Below are positions 10,257 to 21,595 of a stretch of DNA of 64,000 nucleotides, piece after piece. Numbering within the stretch: position 1 is the first letter of the stretch; each line of letters opens with the position of its first letter. Source of the stretch: Balanoglossus misakiensis (taxonomy: Eukaryota > Animalia > Hemichordata); contig CM082589.2 of assembly GCA_040954595.2 (NCBI GenBank), positions 12,164,894 through 12,228,893 on the forward strand, in the 5' to 3' direction. Under the pieces are notes generated by a model. The model was not told where the DNA came from. It saw nothing but the letters and a program-made list of their open reading frames with translations, and made no database searches. The position numbers and the translations under genes are program-made.

Positions 10257-10703
10257 GTAAGCAAACCAGTGTCAGATTTCCCGCACAAAGTAGAAATCGC
10301 TGGGCTTTGTCATTGATATTGTCTCAATAAAGTTGCCTGTGATTGTGCAGCTAACCAAGAGACTTATATGCACTACGGTAGCCATGATGAATACTTTCAT
10401 TGACTCAAATGCTCATCAGTGTAGATGTTGCTATTTTTCCAACCGTAAATTGAAACATCAGAAAGTTATGACATCAACTACCCCCACCCCCACCCCACCC
10501 ACCCCCAACTAGTAAATATTATAAGATTCAGTAATTATGATAAAGATGGTAGCACCAAGCTTGGATCAAGTGGTCTTCATTATCCTTCACACATGAACAT
10601 GATCACACGGATGTGCAATCTTCTGACAGTCTGCTACAGATTTCACTTCCCACTCAAGTGTGTAAGACCCTAATGTGATACTTTTCATTTCTCTCACCCT
10701 TAG

Positions 10704-10826
10704 CGATCAACCAGTGTCTTCTAAACCCATGTCTGAATAACGGAGTGTATCAGCCACTTCAAGGCTCCTGCTCAATCTACACCTGCAACTGTCCAACCTG
10801 CTACACTGGGCAAACATGTGTTACAT
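10704..10826 (+). pseudogene. EGF exon 11 (INQCLLNPCLNNGVYQPLQGSCSIYTCNCPTCYTGQTCVT)
   Basis: 123 bp, open; Cys3 TGT->TAT. Confidence 0.86.
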
Positions 10827-10838
10827 GTAAGTCACAAG

Positions 10839-11870
10839 TTTTTAGGTCCCATTGGTATGTACCATGGGAACTTATGGGATTGGTTACGTCTGTATGTATG
10901 GATGGATGGATGGATGTATGTCTGTATGTCCGTCCACATGAAAAACTTGAAAACCGCAGCGCGTTTGACCTCGATATTTGGCGTGTAGATGCAGGCAGGG
11001 CTGTAGATGGGAGTTTGTTCAAATGAAGATGTCATTGCCAAAAATATGCAAATTAGCTGGGAAAATGTGAAATTGGTCAAAACTCAAAAACTGGACAACC
11101 ACTGGTCATATTGATTTGAAAAATGGTATGCATGTACCTTATATCAACCTCATACAACCCTGTATGTTTTGAGCTAATATTATCGATTTCCTATTTTTTT
11201 GCATTTTTTTGTATTTTTCCATGTTAGTGGTAAAAGTCTTTGAAATTTAGTATGAAGCCTCCTAATGTTGTCTAAGTAACCATAGTTTTGTTCAAATTGT
11301 TGCAAAATTTGCATATCTATAATTTTGAGCATTATTTGCCATTTTTGGTCAAAAAATGTTTTTCTTTAAAACCTCATGCCAGATTGCTTTGCAATTTGGT
11401 AGGCATGTTCGTAGGGGTAACCTAAATAATATGTTGTAAAAAATGTGATATTTGCATAAATGTGTTATCGGGGAAACTTTTGCAATTTTTGTCAAAAATT
11501 GTTTTCACTGAAACCGCTTGTCCTATTGCATTGAACTTAGGCAGCATGTTCCTTGTAGTGATTGAAGTAAGATATTGTACAATTTTGGTGATATTTTCAT
11601 ATTTGTGTTTTTGCCACTTTTGAACAAATATTTTCTGTGAAACTGCTTGTTGGATTGCTTTGAAATTAGTTTTTTCTCTGATTGCTTTGAAATTTAGGAT
11701 ATAATTTCATAACACATACCTGTATATGTGCAACTTTTATTCAATTCTGAGATCAGAAAGATTAAATATTTAGCGAGTTTTTTTGGTAAGTTTCTTTGTT
11801 TTTGGTTAGCAAATCTTCTCCTAAACAAATTGTCCAGTTGTTTTTAAAGTTACTATTTACAAGGAGTTGT
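10839..11870 (+). mobile_element. Helentron-associated (HINE/DINE-1-like) non-autonomous element, degenerate
   Basis: T-run, then hairpin TCCCATTGGTA-TG-TACCATGGGA, then (GTAT)/(GGAT) microsatellite, then degenerate tandem units with GATTGCTTTG(A/C)AATTTGGTAGGCATGTTC. The right boundary is approximate. Present in copies 1-4. Confidence 0.55.
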
Positions 11871-12763
11871 TACCTCGAACAAAGACATGTTTACATAACT
11901 TAAATAGGCCAGCTGTTACAGAGACCACCAGCTATCACATTTTAATTACCAGTGGCAGGTCAGTGTGTGTCTGTTCCAGGGCTGACTGAAAGAAGTTGCT
12001 TCGCATATGTGTTTGTGTACAGACAATTTTTGGTCAATTTCTTTTTCTAGCACCACTTGTAAGACTGCCATGACACATGACAGTTTATTGGGCATGTTCC
12101 TTGTTAATGTTTTTACATTGCATATTTCTATATGGTCAGATCATAAGTGCTTGCAAATGTCACCTGTAATTTTTATTCTGCTGTGTCACTGTTTCCGCAT
12201 AATCCTCAAATGTCATCAGATCTCCGAATGTGATGAAAACAGTGTGTTTTGAGTGGGTTTTTTAATGACCTTTTGGGTTAAAAGTGGCAAAAATGGCAAT
12301 TTTGTCTTCAAAGGGGTCAATAAGACTGACTTTTTTGGAATCAGCACCATTTTTTACATTGAATGGACTAGTCTGCTCAAACTTTCCTTACCAAAAATTC
12401 TGTTTAATCTTCTGTAACATGTATACTAGTGTACATGTAGCTGCCTGATAGTTTGCCCTGTGTGTGTAATTGCTGAGTGACATAACGCATTCTGTGATTG
12501 ATGCAGTCACGTAACCACCAATCGAACGATTGTTATAAGGAGAACTGCACGACCTTTAACCGCATTAGCATACCTGATTTTTAGGGCTCGATATTACCTC
12601 TGAGGACGCAATATTTAAGTTGAAGTTTTTTTATTTTATCATATTAGAGCAAGAAGACTTGTCTTTTATGTAAAAGAAATAGACCCTAATATACAGAGTG
12701 CATTTTGAAACGATAGGCAGTTCCGGCCCATAGCCTAATTCTTCATTTTTCTGTCATGCGTAG

Positions 12764-12879
12764 GAATTGATTAGTGCTAACAACCCATGTCAAAATGGCA
12801 GCACTTGCCAACCCTAACCTCGTGTGTGGCATTGACGTGCACCTGCCAAGGATGCTTTACTGGGAGCGCTGTGAAAATT
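12764..12879 (+). pseudogene. EGF exon 12 (ID*C / NNPCQNGSTCQP / TSCVALTCTCQGCFTG / ERCEN), stop plus several frameshifts
   Basis: CGTAG acceptor, GTCAGT donor; the EGF motif is spread over different frames. Confidence 0.78.
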
Positions 12880-13384
12880 GTCAGTCAGTTTCTTTTGTCA
12901 AATTAATCAATATGTGTGGGACTGCTATACATGTATATAAAACAGAATACTGCGATGGAAAATTCTATAACTTAATGTTTCAGTGGATATATGACTTAAA
13001 GTTAGCAGTATGCAGTGAATTCAACAGAAAGTGTAATTTCCTCTTGTGTGAGCTCTGTGCGACTGTGCCAATGAAAATCTCACCACAAACAAAAATGACA
13101 GGTATACACTGTATATTAGCAGCTTTGTCTCTGTAATAGCCATAGTGTTTTGAAGTTGAAAACTTGCAAAGTGTGCAGTTTTATTCACACTACAAAGGAA
13201 ACATTGTTGAAACGGATTATCTGTGTACATTGTCAAACTGTACACTTGTCGCGAGATTTATTCTCAATTATATTACTAGTATATCATGCTACCGTCTGCA
13301 ACTCTGATTGGACGAGAGCTAAATCCAGCGATGCTAAAATACTCAATAATGCACTGCTGGCAGTGGTAAAACGGGCTTTCTGTT

Positions 13385-13703
13385 TGCCACATGGGTTTGT
13401 TCTTTAGGTTGTTGTATGTGTTTACACCCATCATGTTTATTGTAGAACCAGGGTCGATCAGTGAGGCAACTGCTGTTTGTTCTATCTGCACTGTTACTCG
13501 AGGCCTCCTGCCATTTGATTGTTGTACAGTGAAGCAGTATTCATCTCCCGAGCTGTCTTCCACTTTATGCACAGCTTTGACAGTTTTATCCTTGTCTACC
13601 CTATTTGCCTTGCCTTTTGAATGGTAGCATTTGGCTAAATGGTTAGGTTTGCCACACTTCCTGCATGACTTGCCTTTAGCTGGACATACTGAGTCATGTG
13701 GTA
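13385..13703 (-). mobile_element. Ty3/Gypsy LTR-retrotransposon fragment: gag zinc knuckle and start of aspartic protease
   Basis: PHDSVCPAKGKSCRKCGKPNHLAKCY (degenerate CCHC) followed by LIDPGSTINMM (degenerate D[TS]G active site). Confidence 0.85.
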
Positions 13704-13893
13704 CCATTATTAAAATAGGGGCCAGTCATCAAAACGTAAGTGAGCCAAAAAACTACAGGTCAGATAAATTGTTTTCTCGTAAATTCAACATTAGAATCAA
13801 ATTTGGCGTTGGAAACAAACGGCGGGTCGCCAGTTCCTGGTCTGGAGGCTGGTAGAGTCACGTCTTGAAGACTGGCCCCTATTTTAATAATGG
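13704..13893. mobile_element. 190-bp MITE with 34-bp TIRs
   Basis: CCATTATTAAAATAGGGGCCAGTCATCAAAACGT vs ACGTCTTGAAGACTGGCCCCTATTTTAATAATGG (2 mismatches); no TSD. Also at 28604-28793, 43511-43700 and 58272-58461. Confidence 0.8.
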
Positions 13894-14150
13894 CATTGTC
13901 ATGACCGGCCAACCTTTGACCTCGGAGACCACAATGTAGAGCTATCGATCAGCTTTTCGCGTTTCAATCAAACATTGCAATCACGGGCTAAAATCACTAA
14001 CTAGTTGATACCTTTTTCGGTGTTTCATCTAACCTTTGAAAGGAGTATAATAAAAATGAAATGACCGCACGTAATGTGCATTTCTTGTTCACGTGTGGGG
14101 ACTATATGTGTGCGTAATGATCCAAATGCAAGGGGTCGTGTGAACAGGCC

Positions 14151-14645
14151 TTAAATAATGAGTTTGCGTTAAATAATGAGTTTGCGTTAAATAATAAGTT
14201 GACGAACGGCGCGAGTGCATTTTTTCATGGTTTAGAAATCACTTATTTATATATAATTCATTATATAATGTAAATCACTCATGATATATATATAATAGAC
14301 TTGCACTTAAATTATTTATAAATCACTCATGATATATATATAATACACTTAAATTGTTTTTATTTATAAATAATTAATTATATATAAATAATTATGTACA
14401 TCACTCATGATATATATATAATAGACTGACACTGACATTGTTTATAAATAATTTATTATATATAAATAAAAGAGCATAAAATACATTTTATGTATATAAT
14501 TGAATCGACTTGAAATTATTTATAAATAAATTGTCAGGACTTAAATGGTTTGCAAATCTATAATTACATACATATAAGTATGTTAAATAACGACTTTTGA
14601 ACAAATAATTTAGCTAAATAATAAGTTAACACATGGCACCCCATA
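14151..14645. repeat. AT-rich minisatellite/low-complexity block
   Basis: TTAAATAATGAGTTTGCG x~2.5, then repeated AATCACTCATGATATATATATAATA(G)AC units. Present in copies 1-4. Confidence 0.8.
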
Positions 14646-15649
14646 CAAACATTACGTCCAGTCCAAATATTCTGCCAATTTTACATCCAATGCATTCAAA
14701 TAGTGGACTGCTTCGCTTTCATCCAGTTTTCATGTGCATCGTATAAGTAGACTTTTGTTTTGTCCCGTCTTTTCACCGAATTTGCTCTTTTCCAAATCTC
14801 CGACACAGACTATGATCGTCACATTCTTGTCTGTTGTTAGAACAGCACACTGCCATATGGCATTGACTGTATACAGTTTCTGTTACCAATATCTCTGGTT
14901 TGGCATTTTCCTGTCCTCAATCTTTTGCCAGGGATTTTTGTGTCCCCAACCCGCGTGAGAATCCCACGTCTTTGAAGGTATGACTGTGACTATAAGATTC
15001 TATAAATCTCTGTTTATTTTCAGCACAAACATCATGTGCTGATTGCCCAGCTGGTAACCAATGTCCAAATGGTAACACTGTGATTTTATGCTCGGCTGGT
15101 TATTACAGTTCGGCCTTGGACAAAGGATGTCTCGCTGTACCTCTTGCATAACAGGTAAACTTCTACCCACCAACCTTTATTTCCAACATCAAACATTAGG
15201 TCAGGTAATTTACTAACTGAAAAATAGGATGGGAACATTTTCCATTTCTGTATTTAAAATTTACTGATATAATATATGAATGAAAAAATGACAATTTTTC
15301 CAAATTTGAATAGACCTCTATTTATGAAAATAATTAAAATTTGCGCCAATTTTTTACAGTGGTATTCAAAGGTTAACTTGGTGTGTATATTCTTTGTTTG
15401 ATTTACAGATCAGCCGGTGCTGAACAGTGTACTATTTGTGAGCAAGGGTACGCCTGCACAGATCCCAGTGCATCGCAATTCAAGTGTACCAAGGGTTACG
15501 TGTCATTGGCTGGTGCAACAAACTGTACCAGATGTACAAATGGTAAGATTGTGGTACTTGTTCAGTTTGCTGTGTGATGAAACTGAGTGGTATGTGTGTA
15601 TGCATGTATGTGTTTACAACAGATTTTCAAGTCAGTGCGACTGGGGTTA

Positions 15650-15681
<32 letters not shown>

Positions 15682-18600
15682 TACAACAGATTATCAACTC
15701 AGTGCGAAATCTTGCGAGACCCGGTTAGCCATGTGAGATCTCGCAGAGTCTTATGATATTCAGAAAATGGTTGATTAGAAATGACGTTTAATGTCCTCCA
15801 AAGAATTTTCTACATGCCCGTATACTTGTCTCAGAATTATGAAGTGAATCATCTCAAGTAATTTGTTATTTTAAATGACACTGTATCACAAATACTTCAC
15901 TAAAAACCTCATTTTCTTTAATCAGATGAAATAAGTGAGGAGCCTGCACGCACATCCCGTCTTCTGTGCCCTGCTGGACAATCGTGTTCAGATCCAATGT
16001 AAGATCCGCTTGACTGTGGCAATGGTGAATATGCTATGGAAGGCGACGGCACATGCACGCCTTGTCCAGCAGGATCCAAGTGTCCAACCATGTCACCCGT
16101 AGTTGATTGTTCAACAGTTACTGGTAAGTTGGGCTGCAAATTACTCTTATGACTTCCCTGTGTTATAGCATGACATACACAGAAAATTAAACTGTTATGC
16201 TCATTGGAGTTGATATTGTGATGCACTTTGAAAAACACAATGATTCCACTGAAGAGGTATTGTACAGTAACACCTGTGATTACGGACATCTCTCTAATAA
16301 GGGATCGTTGGACCAAACCAATCGTTCTTTGAATTTTTTCTGTGATAGGTTCATACTCGCTAGGTTCGGCCAAGTCCTTCTGGTTATGAATGCACAACTA
16401 CAAATGTCACACAGTGCGCTACAGGGAAGTAAAGTGTTGAAGGAGGTAAGTCTTGAAATCTCTTTTCTTCTGGTCTCGATTTGAACATGGTTCCACAAGT
16501 TGTTTACATCACTTGTAGTTTTACATATTTTTTTAGTTCAACAGCTATGCTATACATGGTGTCCTGAGAAGTCGACCAGTATGAGAAGTCGGTATCGGCC
16601 AGTACGAGAAGTCGGCCTGTGGGAGAGAACCCTGGTACTTTGTGTTATATATAACTGTTTCACTACGAAATGTTTCCTTGATGTACAGGAGCTGAGATAT
16701 TTGTACAAATAGCCGATGAATTTTAAAACTGTCTGTTCACTTTTCATGTACGTCACCGGGGTACGACAACATCAGTCACCTGCACTTCTTGAGCTGCGCC
16801 AGTAGTCTGTTCCTTGTCACGTTTGTTTGTTTGGTGTTGTCTCAGAAAGTATGAATATACACATACATCTTCTATGTATTTTAGTAGGCTTTGAAACAAC
16901 TCCCTTTAATCAGAAATGTCACAGGAATTTGGCGAACAACCTAAGCTCCTTACGCGGATACGGGGATGGGGAACTGGTACGGATGCCAGACGCCATTATT
17001 TGAAATGACGCCATTGTGTTGTCAAGAATTTGGGAAATCCGTCCAAATGAAAATATTTAGTGCAATTATATTTTATTAAGTGTTGTTATAAGTAATCTGG
17101 GTCATCACTGCACTATTCGGGTACAAGTTCAACAACTGGCCGACTTCTCATACGCGCGTAGTGGCTGACTTCTAATCTGGCCGACTTCTCATGTATTCCT
17201 ATACATTAGTGAAAATTGGGGAAACTGGTGTTTTCAGACAACTTATGAAGTCCCTTTCGCAATATTAACTCTAAAACAGCGGGTGATATTCCTTTTAAAA
17301 TTTAACCAAATAAGCATACTTGAACTCTGTCATATCGGCAAAACACTCACTACACAAGCTGCTGTTATTCTACAGACATGACATGTGCTGATTGCGGCGT
17401 AGGTAACTACTGTCCAGATGGGTCAGACAGCCCCATTCCTTGTCCATCAAGTTATTATGCTGACACAGCCACAGAAGTATCCTGTACCCCTTGCGATCCA
17501 GGCTGTCAGTGTGCAGCAACATCACCCACTTGCCTGCACATCAAGAACCTACTCTCTGGGACCATCAACAACATGTACTCCCCTTCTACCAGGTTTGTAG
17601 TCGTCTTAGTCGTAAAAACATATTTAAGGTGTTGGGCACCTCGAAATAAAGGGTCGTCTGATCATGTTAAAATTAATACTGATGATACTATGACTTCTAA
17701 ACATTTAATCTATGGAATAAAAATTGGGGGTCAACCATCTAGAGTTTTGAAAAAGCGCCCTTTATCTAGCACCTCTTTCAGATTTTGCCAGGCTCGTAGA
17801 TTTTTGTAAAATGGCCTCAAAAATAAGAATTTTGGAAGGTTTGTCATATTTTTTCACCATTGTAGAATCTAAATGTTCTGAATTATTTTATTTTTAGCAA
17901 TTTTGAGATTGCTTCATGTTCAGTATGATAATCGCATGTCAATACAACTGTTACATTAAAGGAAAAGTTCAAATCCGCCTAAAACCACATTGCATTGGTA
18001 CCTAGTTAAGTTGTCCTCACTTCTGACGCAAAATTTTGATGTGCAATGCACGTGTCTGTGAAATTGACGAATAAAAAAATTGTATACCAGTGCAAAATTA
18101 AAAACTCCCTGTGCAGCCTTCTTGGCAACTGCATGCTGGGAAAAGTACTCGGATGATGACGAAAAAGTTTCGGGGTTCCGGGTAGTGCTACCCCGGAATA
18201 CAATGTTGGGTGCAGACTCCAACTATGGAAAAGAGATGCAGAATGTCATGTGATATAGTAGTGAAAACAAATACACGTTGGTTCACGTATTTCAGCTCTC
18301 AGCAATCAGGGTGCATTAAAAGGCCTTGATTGGTGTGATATTCACAATTGATGATTATAAATACTTACAGTTGTATACTGTTTTATTTTGTAAATATTGT
18401 GTACATTTGCAGCAATGAATCCGTGCGAACACAAACCTTAACCCATGCCGGAATGCTGGTACTTGCCAAGCAATCCAGGGATCTTGTACAGGCGTCACAT
18501 GTCTATGTGCTGGCTGCTACCTGGGCTTCACATGTGAAACACGTGAGTACAGTACTTTGTCATTTATTAAAAAATCTAAGTGCTGAGGTACATTGTAGTA

Positions 18601-18992
18601 ATAATAGCAGGTGTAGTCATTATCATCATCATCATCATCATCTTTAAGTCAGTCATATGATCGGTAATAAAAACAGTAAAATCACCAGTATAAAAACATA
18701 ACAGAGAAATAATGAACGTGTACTGGTGTTACCATAGGTAACTGTTGTATAAAATTTTGAATTCCTGTCTTCCAGTTCCTAATCCATGCTTCACTAGTCC
18801 TTGTCTCAATGGAGGTACCTGCCAACAACAGGCAAATTCTTGTACTGCCACCATTGGCATGTGCACAGAGTGTTACTAGGGAAACAGGTGTGAGACAAGT
18901 AAGTTTGAATCTATAGCAGTTAATAATGATAATTATCATTTTTTTTTATTATGATTTAAACTTCACTGATGTTGTACAAACACAAAAATAGA

Positions 18993-19460
18993 AATAATAA
19001 TAATAATAATAATAATTTATTTGTATAGCGTCAGTATCCACAAAAAATGTGATCAATGACGCTTAAAGCAAAAGTACAATACAACACAACAAATGGCTAA
19101 AAAACAGATTTAAAAAGTAAAGTTTTAACATTTGATTTAAAAACAGATAAGTCTGGTGCCTGGCGAATGGTGAGTGGAAGATTATTCCAAAGAATTGGAG
19201 CAGCAACAGTAAAAGCACGATCACCATAACTCTTGGTGCGTGATCGAACAGGGCAGAGTTTGAACTGATCAGCTGACCTCAAATTGCGACACGGAACATA
19301 TAGATTAGTCATGCTAGAAAGATAGATTGGACCAAGTTTATGAATGGATTTAAAAATGAGAACTAACATCTTAAAAACAATACGCTCTGTAACAGGTAGC
19401 CAGTGCAACTGATACAAAATTGGAGTGATGTGACAGGTGATTTTTGAACGAGTAACAATT
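18993..19460 (-). mobile_element. L2-type LINE 3' fragment, copy 2
   Basis: Same as 4096-4563. Confidence 0.88.
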
Positions 19461-20475
19461 AGAAAGGGACAGCAGCTTAGCTCTATTCCTTTTCCAAAGT
19501 GTTTGTTCTTTTAAACTACCTGTTTTTTATTTATTCTGATTATGCTAATATGCTAATTTGTCAATTTTGTCACATCACAATTTTTGTAGGAAACTCACCC
19601 CTGGGAATTTTTTTCAGCCACTGACATACATTCATAATCACATGACATTGATGATCATGGAAAATTTGACCCTTTTCCTTGTAGGACTCAACCAGTGTCC
19701 ACCAAATCCGTGCCAGAATGGTGGCTTCTGTCAACCGGCTCGAAATTCCTGCTTTGATCTCACCTGCATATGTACTGGTTGCTACAAAGGTGATAGGTGT
19801 GAGATATGTAAGTATACAGCGCAGTCTCTTTTACCTTTTGTCTCTGATGCATTCAAATACTGCATGTTTCCTGAGCATAGGTGTAGCCATCACCACAGCA
19901 GAGCTTGGAGCGTTCTTGACATCGAATGCAAGATTACACTCTTCCCAATCAAAATCACTTTCGTAGCGCATAATGTCTTGATTGTCTTAGTTCAAGAAAC
20001 ATTATGCGCGACTGGCCAATTTTACAGCCTTTTGTCAACGCACATCCACTATGGAAATTCTCACTCCAGGCCAGATAGTGTAAATTTACATATGAGTCTA
20101 CAGGTATGCTTGAAGTCAAGTCAAGCATTTGCAAGGAACCCTCCTCCAGTAAACAGGTCTTTGATTTCATGAAGGGAAGCCCTTGCCTCACAGTCACTGC
20201 CACATGATCTATGGAGGTGTGAACAACTTGATACCAGCCTAATATAAGTTGTAGGCACAATCACTCCACACACCCTTGCCATAATTCTGCAAGGTTTTTG
20301 CCATATCTGTACTGTAGAATGAGTAGCAAGGAATAAAATGGCGTCCTTTCTTAATTTCCAGTGCAAAACCCCTGTGATCCCAACCCATGTATGAATGGTG
20401 GATTTTGCCAGCAAACATCGTGCAATTTCTATTCATGCCAGTGTGTGAACTCTTACACAGGTGACATCTGTCAAA

Positions 20476-21595
20476 CCATAGACCCTAGAGAAAGAAGGAC
20501 GAGCAACTGCGGCAAAGATCAAAGGGTTTGGGGATTATCTGTATGATGATGTTCTTTTGCATATAATTAACACCCAGGACAGTTGGACAATGACTTCCTT
20601 ACTTCGGCACGTGTCGACCCCACCAGTGATGCGAAAACTTGCCACCAAACTGACACTCCTGCATTTCAGCAGCCACTGCGTTTTTTTCTAAAATTCTAAA
20701 AGTATTACGATGTCTGTGCTAATTATTATGGTCGTCTGTCGGATGAACGGTCATTTCTAGTGCCACAAGCTTCATTTAAAAATTGTAAACAAATCATCCA
20801 TGCCAAATTCCTGTTTAACTTGTGCAGATGTGTTCCATAAATGATTGCTGCGTTCAACCACGTTGCAGTTTTCTCGTCTTCTGCGAGATGTTCTAAGGTG
20901 TTTGTGATAACTTCACGCAAAACGCGAGACTTTGCGTTAGTTTATACACAGTTTATTTGTAAATTGGATTATTGGGATTTACCTGGAAATAATGTATGCA
21001 AAAGAACATCATTTCAAGAAAAAACTGGAGTTGCGCGTCCTTCTTGCATGTCCGACTGGGCACTCATATTTCTTGGTAACGCTGACACTTTTCGTAATAA
21101 TTTTATGTTTGCGTGAAGCATTGAAACAAAAATTGTGGTTTAGGGGCATTTTATTTCGCAGTGCGTGAACAATAAAACAGATTTCACGAAAACAATTTAT
21201 AAACAAACTGGCTGGATTTTCATGTGTGCGCTATTGCCGCCAGGCAACCCTCGGTACGGTTAGCTCACAGCCTTGTGAAATACCCGGACTGTTAGACAAA
21301 AGATGCTTGTTTTGGACGCTGTCAGACTCAGAGGTGCCAAATTCCTGTTTAACTTGTGCAGATGTGTTCCATAAATGATTGCTGCGTTCAACCACGTTGC
21401 AGTTTTCTCGTCTTCTGCGAGATGTTCTAAGGTGTTTGTGATAACTTCACGCAAAACGCGAGACTTTGCGTTAGTTTATACACAGTTTATTTGCAAATTG
21501 GATTATTGGGATTTACCTGGAAATAATGTATGCAAAAGAACATCATTTCAAGAAAAAACTGGAGTTGCGCGTCCTTCTTTCTCTAGGGTCCATGG
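20476..21595. mobile_element. 1120-bp TIR element, copy 2
   Basis: Same TIR/TSD as 5578-6697. Confidence 0.9.

Larger units (their letters stand above)
119..12879 (+). pseudogene. Decayed spliced gene fragment: Cys-rich (ephrin-receptor-like/GCC2_GCC3-type) exons plus 12 EGF-like exons, copy 1
   Basis: About 17 AG..GT-bounded exons translating to CPxGxxC repeats and NPC..PC.NGG.C EGF repeats. Several in-frame stops and frameshifts; no start, signal peptide or terminal exon seen. Confidence 0.88.

Noticed and set aside
3516-12879. Naming the gene Notch, fibropellin, crumbs or SVEP1
   Set aside because: Only generic EGF similarity. No LNR, ankyrin, CUB, avidin, LamG or sushi exons are visible, and the 8-Cys pattern differs from those proteins.
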